Shown here: piece by piece, positions 1-8,545 of the stretch
How positions within the stretch are numbered: the first letter of the stretch is position 1
Layout of the letters: every line of letters starts with the position of its first letter
From: an uncultured Alphaproteobacteria bacterium
GTDB lineage: Bacteria > Pseudomonadota > Alphaproteobacteria > RF32 > CAG-239
DNA: 64,000 bases
Reading direction: 5' to 3'
Assembly: GCA_934273635.1 (NCBI GenBank)
Contig: CAKQSV010000008.1
Location: forward strand, 30-64,029
Notes under the pieces: model-generated
What the model was told of the DNA's origin: nothing
What the model saw: only the letters and a program-made list of their open reading frames with translations
Database searches by the model: none
Position numbers and translations under genes: made by a program

Positions 1-42
1 AAAAAAGCACCGTAAGGGTGCCTTTTTGTTTATTGGAGCGGG

Positions 43-58
43 CAACGGTTATACGCTT
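43..58 (-). repeat. Duplicated fragment of the tRNA-Gly 3' end (16 nt ttggagcgggcaacgg identical to 244-259), also followed by an A-run/hairpin/T-run
   Basis: Direct comparison of 36-58 with 218-259: both read A-run, hairpin, T-run, t(t/a)tggagcgggcaacgg. Confidence 0.6.
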
Positions 59-221
59 TTTTCAAAAGCTCGGGAGTTTGTTTTGTAACATTTGCGTTCG
101 TCGCTGTCGCTTGTCCGCAAATTAACAAAACTGCACTGCAAAGGTTTCGCGGCCACGTCGGTGGCTGCTCACCACTTTGCACCCCAAGGGGTTCGCTTCC
201 CGTGTCCATATCCATAAAAAA

Positions 222-244
222 ACGACCCGAAGGTCGTTTTTTTA
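222..244. terminator. Rho-independent terminator hairpin acgacc-cgaa-ggtcgt flanked by A-run and T-run (bidirectional), immediately downstream of tRNA-Gly on the minus strand
   Basis: Perfect 6-bp stem and 4-nt loop; A7 on one side and T7 on the other. Confidence 0.6.
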
Positions 245-318
245 TGGAGCGGGCAACGGGAATCGAACCCGCATTATAAGCTTGGGAAGCTCACGTTCTA
301 CCATTGAACTATGCCCGC
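245..318 (-). tRNA. tRNA-Gly (anticodon CCC), 74 nt including the encoded CCA
   Basis: The reverse complement GCGGGCATAGTTCAATGGTAGAACGTGAGCTTCCCAAGCTTATAATGCGGGTTCGATTCCCGTTGCCCGCTCCA folds as a cloverleaf: 7-bp acceptor stem, D arm GTTC/GAAC, anticodon loop TTCCCAA with U33 and A37, T-loop TTCGATT. Confidence 0.85.
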
Positions 319-435
319 AATGCTCACAAGCCTTTCTTAATATACAAAGTCGCCTTTATTTTGCAAGCGCTTTTTTCTTTTTGCGCAAAAAAAGCGCCGA
401 TTGCTCGACGCTCTTCGTTGTGTTTATTAAGCCTT

Positions 436-1074
436 TTAGAAGGTGTAACGCAAGCCACCGTAAACTTCGTGGTTGTGAACGGCACCGCTGTCCAAGTCGC
501 CCATATCGTAGTAACGATAACCAAGGTCGATGTTAAAACGCGTGGTGACTTGAGCTGAAATACCGCCGCCTACCGACCAAGTGAAGTTGTCTTTATCGTA
601 TTTAACGGTATTGTTGTAAGAGTCGTTCATCTTAAAGGTGTATTCCAAACTGGTGACACCTAAACCGGCTGAAAGATACGGGGTGAACATGGTGTACGGT
701 GACAAATCCCAGTAAACGTTAGCCATATATGATTTTGAAGAAAACTCAGAACTGCGACGGCTGGCAACCATACCTCCGCTCGGAAGCTCGGCAAAACTGG
801 TGTTGCTGTCTTCAGCATCTTGTCTGTAAACATATTCAGCCTCAAATCTGAAATATTTGTAACGGTAACCTAACGCACCGCTGAACATTCCGGAATTGTC
901 ATCAATGTCTAATTTTTTGTCTGTTGCGACATTTTCGTCCTTGTCGCCGAGAGTGTGGTTGGCAACGCCGCCACGAACCGCTAAATAAGGACCGTCACAA
1001 GAGGCTAATGCTGCATTTTCGCAGGAAAAAATCATCCCAAACAAAGCTGCTGCCGATAATAAAAGTTTTTTCAT
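436..1074 (-). CDS. Outer-membrane beta-barrel protein (Omp25/Omp31/OmpA-like porin family)
   Basis: Signal peptide MKKLLLSAAALFGMIFSCENAALA; alternating aromatic/hydrophobic beta-strand pattern; C-terminal ...GGLRYTF with terminal Phe. Paralogous to the ORF at 24736-25287. Confidence 0.75.
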   Translation of the reverse strand: MKKLLLSAAALFGMIFSCENAALASCDGPYLAVRGGVANHTLGDKDENVATDKKLDIDDNSGMFSGALGYRYKYFRFEAEYVYRQDAEDSNTSFAELPSGGMVASRRSSEFSSKSYMANVYWDLSPYTMFTPYLSAGLGVTSLEYTFKMNDSYNNTVKYDKDNFTWSVGGGISAQVTTRFNIDLGYRYYDMGDLDSGAVHNHEVYGGLRYTF

Positions 1075-1533
1075 TTAACTGACTCCAAAGCTGTACAAAT
1101 TCAAAATTTTTGTCTAATATATCGCAAAAATTCTAAAATGCAATACTTTTTTTGTATAATTTGCTGTTTTTATAGCACAATAGTATTAATAGCTTGTTAA
1201 TAAGGCGTGATTTTTTGCAATAATTATACTTTTTTACCGAATCTGTGGGTAGAATCGGGGCTGAAGATTTTTTTTACTTGAAGAATCTGATTAAGTGTTA
1301 TAGATTCGCGTCAGTTCTGGTGGGTGACGCTGGGAATCTGTTTTTTTTGCCGTAGGTGCTGTGGCTTGGTGATTGCGGTGCGATGATTGTTATCGTGCTC
1401 CTTTTGCAAAGTCGGTGCCGTAGAGATGCGGAACTCGGAGCCGCCCGAATTAGTCTCTCCCTGCTTTTTTGAAGGGACGGATGATTTTTATTTAACATAT
1501 TTAATGATATAGCTAATAGGAGCTTAACAAACC

Positions 1534-4230
1534 ATGAGTAAATGGGTATATACATTCGGAAACGGAGCTGCTGAAGGCGACGCTTCTATGAGAAATCTCC
1601 TTGGCGGTAAGGGCGCTAACTTGGCCGAAATGAATAAGGTCGGTTTGCCTGTGCCTCCTGGATTTACTGTAACGACTGAAGTTTGCACATACTACTACGC
1701 AAACAACAAAACTTATCCTGCTGATCTGAAAGATCAAGTTCGCGCTGCGGTTGCCGGTGTTGAAAAAATTATGGGCAAAAAGTTTGCTGATGCCGAAAAT
1801 CCGCTGTTGTTCTCTGTTCGTTCAGGTGCTCGCGTTTCTATGCCGGGTATGATGGATACGGTATTGAACTTGGGTTTGAATGACGAAACCGTTAAGGCTT
1901 TGGCTAAAGCTTCTGGCTCTGAGAGATTTGCTTATGACTCTTACCGTCGTTTCTTGCAGATGTTCTCTGACGTGGTTTTGGGTGCTGATTTGGACTTGTA
2001 CGAAGAAGCTCTTGAGAATATGAAAAAGTCTAAAGGCTACAAATCTGATACTGATTTGACTGCTGAAGACCTCAAAGAATTGGTTAAAGAATACAAAGAA
2101 ATCGGTCAAAAATTGGGTAAAGTTGTTCCTCAGGATCCTTGGGATCAGTTGTGGGCAGGTATTGGCGCCGTATTCGGTTCTTGGATGGTTGACCGCGCTA
2201 TCACCTATCGTAAATTGAACAACATCCCCGGTGACTGGGGTACAGCTGTTAACGTTCAGACCATGGTATTCGGTAACGCCGGCGATGACTGCGCTACCGG
2301 TGTTTGTTTCTCTCGCGACCCTGCTACCGGTGAGAACGTTTACTACGGTGAATATTTGGTTAATGCTCAAGGTGAAGACGTTGTTGCCGGTATTCGTACA
2401 CCGCAACCGATGGCTTCTAAGGGCGACGGCACTTCTTTGGAAGAAAAATGGCCTCATCTGTATAAAGAATTGGTAGACGTTCGTAACAACCTCGAACAGC
2501 ACTACAAAGATATGCAGGATATGGAATTCACCATTGAACACGGCAAATTGTGGATGTTGCAATGCCGTAACGGTAAGCGTACGGCACAGGCTGCTGTTCG
2601 TATGGCTGTTGAGATGGTTGAAGAAGGCTTGCTGAATAAAGAAGAAGCTATTATGCGCGTTGGCGCTGAGCAACTCGACCAGTTGTTGCACCCAATGTTG
2701 GATCCGAAGGCTAAAAAAGTTGTTATCGCAACTGGTTTGCCGGCTTCTCCTGGTGCTGCTGTCGGTCGTGCCGTATTTAATGCCGAAGACGCTGAATCTT
2801 GGGCTGCTAAAGGTGAGAAAGTTATCTTGATCCGTAACGAAACCTCTCCGGAAGATATTGGCGGTATGCACGCTTCTCAGGGTGTGATTACTGCTCGCGG
2901 TGGTATGACCTCTCACGCTGCTGTTGTGGCTCGTGGTATGGGTACCCCTTGCGTATCCGGTTCTCATGACATTGTCATCAGCTACAAAGACAAAACCATG
3001 ACCACCAAGTCCGGCGCCGTTATTAAAGAAGGCGACTGGTTGTCTTTGGACGGTGGTAAAGGTCAAATTTTGGAAGGCGCTGTTCCGACCGTTAAGGCTG
3101 ACACCAACACCGGTAACTTTGGTAAATTGATGAGCTGGGTTGATGAAATCCGCACTTTGGAAGTTCGTGCCAACGCCGAGACTCCGAAAGACGCTCAACA
3201 AGCTCGTGACTTTGGCGCACAGGGTATTGGTTTGGCTCGTACCGAACACATGTTCTTTGACGCAGAGCGTATTCCTGATATGCGCGCTATGATTTTGGCT
3301 AATGACGAAGCCGGCCGTCGTGCTGCTTTGGCTCGTTTGTTGCCGTATCAAAAGCAAGACTTCAAAGATTTGTTCAAAATTATGGACGGTCTGCCGGTTG
3401 TTATCCGTTTGTTGGATCCGCCGCTCCACGAATTTTTGCCTCATACCGATGCAGAAATGCAGGAATTGGCTGACAAAATGGGTATGACTTTGCAACAGGT
3501 TAAGACTCGCGCAGATTCTTTGCACGAAGCTAACCCGATGTTGGGTCACCGTGGTTGCCGTCTGCCGATTACATATCCTGAAATTTGCGAAATGCAGACT
3601 CGCGCTATTATTGAAGCTGCTATGGAATGCGCTGATGCCGGAATCCATGTTGTTCCGGAAATCGAAGTTCCGTTGACAGGTTCTAAGAAAGAGTTGGATA
3701 TTGTTAAAGACATTATCGACACCACAGCCGAGAAGATTTTTGCTGAGAAAGGCAAAAAGATTGAATATCAGGTTGGTTCTATGATTGAGTTGCCGCGTGC
3801 GGCTCTGAAAGCTGACGAACTGGCTAAATCTGCTGAATTCTTCGGTTTCGGTACCAACGATTTGACACAAACCACCTTGGGTATGAGCCGTGATGATACC
3901 GGCGCTATCCTTGATGAATATCGCGCTCGCGGTGTTTATGTGGCTGATCCGTTTGCTTCTATCGATGTTGAAGGTGTTGGTATGTTGGTTAAGATGGCTT
4001 GCCACAAAGCTCGTTGCTCTAACCCGAACATTTGGTTAGGTGTATGCGGTGAGCACGGTGGTGATCCGGCATCTATCGACTTCTTCCAGACCTGCGGTAT
4101 GAACTATGTTTCATGCTCTCCGTTCCGTGTTCCTGTTGCTCGTTTGGCCGCTGCACAAGCTGCAGTTCGTCACAAAAACGATGCTCAAGAAAATGCAGGG
4201 AGTGGGTGTTGTTGCAAGAAGTCTGCCTAA
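1534..4230 (+). CDS. ppdK: Pyruvate, phosphate dikinase
   Basis: 898 aa with PEP-utilising-enzyme motifs (GGMTSHAAVVARGMGTPCV, LGHRGCRL, NDLTQ). RBS GGAGC lies upstream of the ATG. Confidence 0.95.
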   Translation: MSKWVYTFGNGAAEGDASMRNLLGGKGANLAEMNKVGLPVPPGFTVTTEVCTYYYANNKTYPADLKDQVRAAVAGVEKIMGKKFADAENPLLFSVRSGARVSMPGMMDTVLNLGLNDETVKALAKASGSERFAYDSYRRFLQMFSDVVLGADLDLYEEALENMKKSKGYKSDTDLTAEDLKELVKEYKEIGQKLGKVVPQDPWDQLWAGIGAVFGSWMVDRAITYRKLNNIPGDWGTAVNVQTMVFGNAGDDCATGVCFSRDPATGENVYYGEYLVNAQGEDVVAGIRTPQPMASKGDGTSLEEKWPHLYKELVDVRNNLEQHYKDMQDMEFTIEHGKLWMLQCRNGKRTAQAAVRMAVEMVEEGLLNKEEAIMRVGAEQLDQLLHPMLDPKAKKVVIATGLPASPGAAVGRAVFNAEDAESWAAKGEKVILIRNETSPEDIGGMHASQGVITARGGMTSHAAVVARGMGTPCVSGSHDIVISYKDKTMTTKSGAVIKEGDWLSLDGGKGQILEGAVPTVKADTNTGNFGKLMSWVDEIRTLEVRANAETPKDAQQARDFGAQGIGLARTEHMFFDAERIPDMRAMILANDEAGRRAALARLLPYQKQDFKDLFKIMDGLPVVIRLLDPPLHEFLPHTDAEMQELADKMGMTLQQVKTRADSLHEANPMLGHRGCRLPITYPEICEMQTRAIIEAAMECADAGIHVVPEIEVPLTGSKKELDIVKDIIDTTAEKIFAEKGKKIEYQVGSMIELPRAALKADELAKSAEFFGFGTNDLTQTTLGMSRDDTGAILDEYRARGVYVADPFASIDVEGVGMLVKMACHKARCSNPNIWLGVCGEHGGDPASIDFFQTCGMNYVSCSPFRVPVARLAAAQAAVRHKNDAQENAGSGCCCKKSA

Positions 4231-4240
4231 TTAAGTAGGT

Positions 4241-4420
4241 AGACGCGCTAAAGGGCTGTCATACTGGTTATTTTTTCGCTTATGTACTAGTTGTACACTG
4301 CGCTCAAAAATAACTTCGTAGCACAGCCCTTTTTCGCGTCTATATGGTGGAAGTTGGTGTTGTGTGGTGCGCTTAAAATTCCCGTCGCAGCATGGGGTTT
4401 TATTGTGTCTACAATAAAGT
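4241..4420. repeat. Tandem repeat unit 1 (~170-180 bp) containing a nested palindromic element (agacgcg...gggctgt-[conserved core with tgtacac]-acagccc...cgcgtct)
   Basis: Inverted arms 4253-4259/4324-4330 and 4241-4247/4335-4341. The unit repeats at 4421-4595 with ~90% identity. Confidence 0.8.
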
Positions 4421-4595
4421 AAGGGCTGTCATACCGGTTATTTTTTTTCGCTTATGTACTAGTTGTACACTGCGCTCAAAAATAACTTCGTAGCACAGCC
4501 TTTTTTTGCGTCTATATGGCGGAAGTTGGTGTTGTGTGGTGCGCTTGAAATTTCCGTCGCAGCACGGGGGTATTGTGTCTGTGGGGAAGATTAAA
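4421..4595. repeat. Tandem repeat unit 2 (copy of 4241-4420)
   Basis: gggctgt at 4423, core ...ttgtacactgcgctcaaaaataacttcgtagcacagcc..., then the shared non-palindromic tail tatatggcggaagttggtgttgtgtggtgcgctt. Confidence 0.8.
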
Positions 4596-4658
4596 AAAAG
4601 TTTGAAATTTTTGTTGTGGTGTGTGACACTTATTTAGCGGTTGAGGAAAGTGGCGGCA

Positions 4659-5342
4659 ATGAAAATAGAAGAGCAGATATTCAAACGAATCCAAATTAAT
4701 TTTAGGGTATTGTCTGATTTTGGTTTTGAACAGTCAGATGGCAAGTGGATTTATGTTCAAGATTTTTTGGATGGGGCTTTTCGCGCCGTTATCGAAATTG
4801 ATGACAACGGGCTTATTACCGGTAATGTTTATGAGACGGACAGCAACGAAATATATATTCCTTTGCGCGTGGAGAGTATGGATAGCGGGTTTGTCGGCAA
4901 AGTGCGTGGTGAATATGTTCAAATTTTGGAAAATATAAAATCTCGTTGTTGTGTGGCAAATTATTTTATTTATCCGCAAGCCAATCGCTTGGCTCAGGCT
5001 ATTTATCAAAAATATGGAGACAAGCCGACGTTTCCGTGGGAGAAACTGTCAGGTTTCGGCGTTTTCAGAAATCCGGATAATCGTAAGTGGTATGCGGTTG
5101 TTATGAATCTTAACCGGCAAAAATTTGATAAAGGTCGTTCGGGCGAGTTTGAAGCGGTCAATATCAAACTAAATGAGGCCAAAATTTCTGAATTGCTCGG
5201 TCAAAAAGGTTTTTATCCGGCGTATCATATGAATAAAAAGAACTGGATAACTGTTTCTTTGGATGACACTTTGCAAGATGATGTGATATTTTCTTTAATT
5301 GAGGAAAGTCATCGATTGACCGAAAAAAGAAAAAATAATTAA
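4659..5342 (+). CDS. Two-domain protein: N-terminal domain of unknown function fused to a C-terminal MmcQ/YjbR-family domain
   Basis: C-terminal HMNKKNWITVSLDDTLQDDVIFSLIEESH matches the YjbR motif HLNKAHWSTVYLDGSLPDSQIYYLVDASY. Start placed at the ATG with GAGGAAAG 12 nt upstream; a TTG at 4641 is the alternative. Confidence 0.6.
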   Translation: MKIEEQIFKRIQINFRVLSDFGFEQSDGKWIYVQDFLDGAFRAVIEIDDNGLITGNVYETDSNEIYIPLRVESMDSGFVGKVRGEYVQILENIKSRCCVANYFIYPQANRLAQAIYQKYGDKPTFPWEKLSGFGVFRNPDNRKWYAVVMNLNRQKFDKGRSGEFEAVNIKLNEAKISELLGQKGFYPAYHMNKKNWITVSLDDTLQDDVIFSLIEESHRLTEKRKNN

Positions 5343-5421
5343 GTTGTTAAATGAAATTTGTTTTACAACAATTATATAGTGATAGCGATGACGATGTTTT
5401 AATTTGTTATGGAGGTATAAA

Positions 5422-5772
5422 ATGAGAAAAATGTTTTTGACTTTATTGGCGGTGTTTGCCGGTGTAAATGTTGCTAACGCTCAAGTAACAGGCGGTTTGG
5501 GGGCTGAGCCGACGGTGGTTATAACCGTGAAGGAGGCTTTGTCTCTTAATGATGACTCCAAGGTGGTTTTGCAAGGCAATATCGTTAACAATCTTGGCGA
5601 TGAAAAATATATTTTCAAAGACGCCACCGGAGAAGTTGTGGTTGAGATTGATGATGAAGATTGGATGGGACGGAAAGTCACGGCTGAAAATGTTGTTATC
5701 ATTAGTGGCGAAGTTGATAAAGATCACAATGAACCGACCAAAATTGATGTTGACACTTTTACCATAAAATAA
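5422..5772 (+). CDS. Periplasmic BOF (YgiW/YdeI, DUF388) OB-fold protein
   Basis: Signal peptide MRKMFLTLLAVFAGVNVANA; OB-fold pattern ...VVLQGNIV...DATGEVVVEIDDEDW...VIISGEVDKD...IDV. Strong RBS GGAGG 8 nt upstream. Confidence 0.65.
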   Translation: MRKMFLTLLAVFAGVNVANAQVTGGLGAEPTVVITVKEALSLNDDSKVVLQGNIVNNLGDEKYIFKDATGEVVVEIDDEDWMGRKVTAENVVIISGEVDKDHNEPTKIDVDTFTIK

Positions 5773-5814
5773 TCGTTAGCTTAAAAATGTTTTTATGGTG
5801 AGATAGAAAAAATA

Positions 5815-5842
5815 TTGACAAAAAAGAGTAAGTCAATATACT
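5815..5842 (+). promoter_or_regulatory. Sigma70-like promoter (TTGACA, 16-17 nt spacer, TATACT) for the 5891-6823 gene pair
   Basis: TTGACA at 5815-5820 and TATACT at 5837-5842. Confidence 0.45.
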
Positions 5843-5890
5843 TATTTTTCGTGTTAAATATTATTTTTTTAATTATTAAATATCAATGCA

Positions 5891-6331
5891 ATGAAAATTA
5901 AGCAATTATTGGAGCTTTATGCGTCAACATTTGAGGTAGACGCGGTTCTGAAACATTATGCGGTGGATTTTTTTGTTGACTCCGACGGTCCTGAATTATG
6001 GAGTGATTTCTCCAAAGATGTCAGAGCCAAACTGAAGGAGCAGCGCAAGATTATCATGCAAGAGTTGGTGCGTCAGTTTCCACTTTCGGCGATTGATTTG
6101 CGCGAGAACGGCGGCTTTGCCAAACCGCAGGATTTTTTTGCTGAGATGCAGAAGTATCCGGATTTGGTCAAGGCTTGCAACGGCGGGTTGAAATCTCTTA
6201 TCGGAGATTTTGAACGTGCCCTGCACACCAAGGTCAGAAGCCAATTCTTCGGGTATTCCGATGAGGCGGTTTATGGCTGTTTGGAGAGTATGGTTAGTTA
6301 TCTTAGTGAGTGGCAAAACAAAAATTTTTAA
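5891..6331 (+). CDS. Hypothetical protein (146 aa), no recognisable domain
   Basis: ORF with own promoter; stop at 6331 is 4 nt before the next ATG, suggesting translational coupling. Confidence 0.55.
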   Translation: MKIKQLLELYASTFEVDAVLKHYAVDFFVDSDGPELWSDFSKDVRAKLKEQRKIIMQELVRQFPLSAIDLRENGGFAKPQDFFAEMQKYPDLVKACNGGLKSLIGDFERALHTKVRSQFFGYSDEAVYGCLESMVSYLSEWQNKNF

Positions 6332-6334
6332 GTT

Positions 6335-6823
6335 ATGACGTTTACGGAAATTAAGGCAGAATATGCTAGATTGAGACAGGACAACAGACGAATCAAAACG
6401 GTTAATGAGCTGTTGCCAGTATGTGACTTTAAAGTGGTAAAGGCGACAGATGAGCTTCAATCGTCTAATGTTCAGGCGCAAAAACAGTTGATAACACTGG
6501 CGCAACGCAAGTTCCCGACAGTTTCAAACGAGGTTAAGAATCTCTCAAAAGACGAGTTTGACGCTTGGGTAAGGTTATTAAGATGTTATCCTGCGTTTCT
6601 CAAGGGCAAAGAGAAAGCCGTTATCGGCGTTTTCAGCACATTTGTTCCTGAAAAATCCGAGGACTTGGCTTATCTGAGCGCAATGTTGCCGATTGTGCAG
6701 AATCCGAGAATCGAAAAAGCGATTGAGGCGGAAAAATGCTGTACGCTTGAGTTTTGGAGAGCGCGGGTTGCGCAGGTGCAAAACAGTTGCCGTTTGGAAA
6801 AATCGGCGGCTGAAGAGGCTTAG
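6335..6823 (+). CDS. Hypothetical protein (162 aa), no recognisable domain; coupled to the upstream ORF
   Basis: ORF immediately follows the 5891-6331 stop. Confidence 0.55.
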   Translation: MTFTEIKAEYARLRQDNRRIKTVNELLPVCDFKVVKATDELQSSNVQAQKQLITLAQRKFPTVSNEVKNLSKDEFDAWVRLLRCYPAFLKGKEKAVIGVFSTFVPEKSEDLAYLSAMLPIVQNPRIEKAIEAEKCCTLEFWRARVAQVQNSCRLEKSAAEEA

Positions 6824-6889
6824 TTTTTCTATCTTATTTTAAAACGGAGTGAAAGGTGAGGAACTTTTCGCTCTGTTTTTTTATAAATA

Positions 6890-6918
6890 TTGACAAAAAT
6901 GTGTTTGCAGTGTATAAA
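6890..6918 (+). promoter_or_regulatory. Sigma70-like promoter (TTGACA, 17 nt spacer, TATAAA) for the 6956 gene
   Basis: TTGACA at 6890-6895 and TATAAA at 6913-6918. Confidence 0.45.
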
Positions 6919-6955
6919 CGGCTCAACAATTAATTATTAAAGAGATTATTTTTTT

Positions 6956-7645
6956 ATGTCGGTGCCGTTTGTGGTATTGACAGTGTTGTGTAACTTAAAA
7001 AATTTATTTTTTATGAACGAGACAGCTATTATCATGGTTGGCGATAAGAAGAGTTCTTGTCATTCGCCTTTTGCCGTATTTGAGACCCTTAAAGGTTGGA
7101 CAACGACGCGTGCTACCAAGGTTATTCCAGATGGAGCCTATTTTGCGGTATTAATCCGTCAGGATGGGGGCAATGTTGATGTTCACCCCAACTTGTTTGT
7201 GCAGGGGTATCGTCCGCACAGATCTTTTGCTAAGCTGTATGTTGACAAACGACGTTATGGTCGTTTTGTGAAGGCCGAGGAAAAGAAGTATCCTGATGAT
7301 GTGGTTTTTGCTGCGGTGCAGCTTTATCAGGTTGTTGGTGATCGTGAAGTGCGCTTGGTGCTAAAAGATGGTGAGAGCCACGACCTTGCTAAGGTGACTG
7401 AACTGTCCGATCAGATTTGTCAGGAGCTTAAGTTGGAGCTTTTGGGCAAATTGCAGTTGGTGGAGTATTATTGCCCTGTTTCGTCCGGATATTTTCTGGG
7501 AGGCTACCATTACAAGGTTTGGGCTGCGGTTGTCGGTGAGCGTAATGGTCTGAAATTGGACAAGAAAGCGCTGATATTCGACTATGACACAGGTATCCCA
7601 GGCGTGGTAGAATATGACGACCGTCACTTTGAGACGATTGGGTAA
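6956..7645 (+). CDS. Hypothetical protein (229 aa; alternative start at 7013), no recognisable domain
   Basis: Long ORF with its own promoter and a strong downstream terminator. Confidence 0.55.
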   Translation: MSVPFVVLTVLCNLKNLFFMNETAIIMVGDKKSSCHSPFAVFETLKGWTTTRATKVIPDGAYFAVLIRQDGGNVDVHPNLFVQGYRPHRSFAKLYVDKRRYGRFVKAEEKKYPDDVVFAAVQLYQVVGDREVRLVLKDGESHDLAKVTELSDQICQELKLELLGKLQLVEYYCPVSSGYFLGGYHYKVWAAVVGERNGLKLDKKALIFDYDTGIPGVVEYDDRHFETIG

Positions 7646-7659
7646 CACAATGACTTAGA

Positions 7660-7722
7660 AAGCGGTGTTCGGCAGACTCTTTTTTTGATGAAAAGAGACT
7701 CGCCCAACACCGCTTTTTTTTG
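7660..7722 (+). terminator. Long imperfect hairpin followed by T8 (rho-independent terminator)
   Basis: agcggtgttcggcagactct ... agagactcgcccaacaccgct, then tttttttt. Confidence 0.7.
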
Positions 7723-7932
7723 TGCGCGAATCGCAAATTTTAAAACATTAAATTTGATATAGACCTTTTTTATATGTTTTTTTGTTTATAAAACAAAAAA
7801 TAATGTAGCATTTTGTAATTTTTTAGAGAAATTATCATTTTTGTTATTGAAAATTATTTTTTTATTGCTTAAGTTAGTGCTTGTATTAGTTGTTTAGCAA
7901 TTAAAAAAGTAAACCCATATGGAGAAAATAAA

Positions 7933-8394
7933 ATGAAAAAACTTTTAAGTTTATTCGCAGTTGTTGTTTTGTCTGGTTGTTCTTTGTTCGGTGCCAATGG
8001 CGGTTTGTTCGGCGGTAGCGAATGCGAATCTAAATTAGCTCGTGATTTTATGGCTAATGCTGAAGACAAAATTTACTTTGCTTTCGATAGCTCTGCTATC
8101 AACGATAATTCAGCTGAAATCCTGAACACTCAGGTTAAATGGTTGAAGAAACACGAGAAAGTAAACGTAATCGTTCAAGGTTACTGCGATGAACGTGGTA
8201 CAAGAGAATACAACTTGGCATTAGGTGCTCGTCGTGCAAACTCTGTTAAACAGTACTTGGCATCTCAGGGCATTGCTGCTGACAGAATCTCTACGATTTC
8301 TTACGGTAAAGAAAGACCGGCTGTTTTGGGTAACAACGAAGCAGCTTGGGCTCAGAACCGTCGTGCAGTTACCGTTGTTAAAGCCGGTAACTAA
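7933..8394 (+). CDS. pal: Peptidoglycan-associated lipoprotein (OmpA-like domain)
   Basis: Lipobox LSGC; OmpA C-terminal-like motifs (GYCDERGTREYNLALGARRANSV...). Confidence 0.9.
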   Translation: MKKLLSLFAVVVLSGCSLFGANGGLFGGSECESKLARDFMANAEDKIYFAFDSSAINDNSAEILNTQVKWLKKHEKVNVIVQGYCDERGTREYNLALGARRANSVKQYLASQGIAADRISTISYGKERPAVLGNNEAAWAQNRRAVTVVKAGN

Positions 8395-8420
8395 TCTCAA
8401 GGTTTGAGAAGTTGTTGAAA

Positions 8421-8447
8421 GGGGCGTCCGTTTGGATGCCCCTTTTG
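8421..8447 (+). terminator. Terminator hairpin ggggcgtcc-gttt-ggatgcccc followed by TTTT
   Basis: 9-bp stem with one mismatch. Confidence 0.6.
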
Positions 8448-8545
8448 CTATGCGCTTGTTATTATTGTGTGTTTTAGGCTTGAGATTAGATTTTATTCGT
8501 ATTATCTTAAGTGCGTTAATGGGCAATTTTAAGGATTTGAAAAAG

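Noticed and set aside
1-320. Integrated prophage/island at tRNA-Gly
   Set aside because: Only the att-like duplication is visible; no integrase or phage gene lies within the window. It is reported as a finding, not called as a mobile element.
177-536. 119-aa plus-strand ORF spanning the tRNA-Gly and the start of the OMP gene
   Set aside because: It overlaps a tRNA gene and the terminator hairpin, so it cannot be coding.
1822-4005. 727-aa ORF on the minus strand inside ppdK
   Set aside because: It is fully antisense to a confidently identified, highly conserved gene. Its low-complexity Asn/Phe/Val composition is typical of a frame artefact.
4241-4595. Possible CRISPR array (tandem repeats)
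   Set aside because: The units are ~170 bp, internally palindromic and directly abutting. There is no 25-40-bp direct repeat/unique spacer periodicity and no cas genes.
8432-8545. N-terminal 38-aa extension of cpoB predicted by the ORF track
   Set aside because: The extension overlaps the pal terminator hairpin (8421-8447). The true start is taken as ATG 8546, which has an AGGA upstream.
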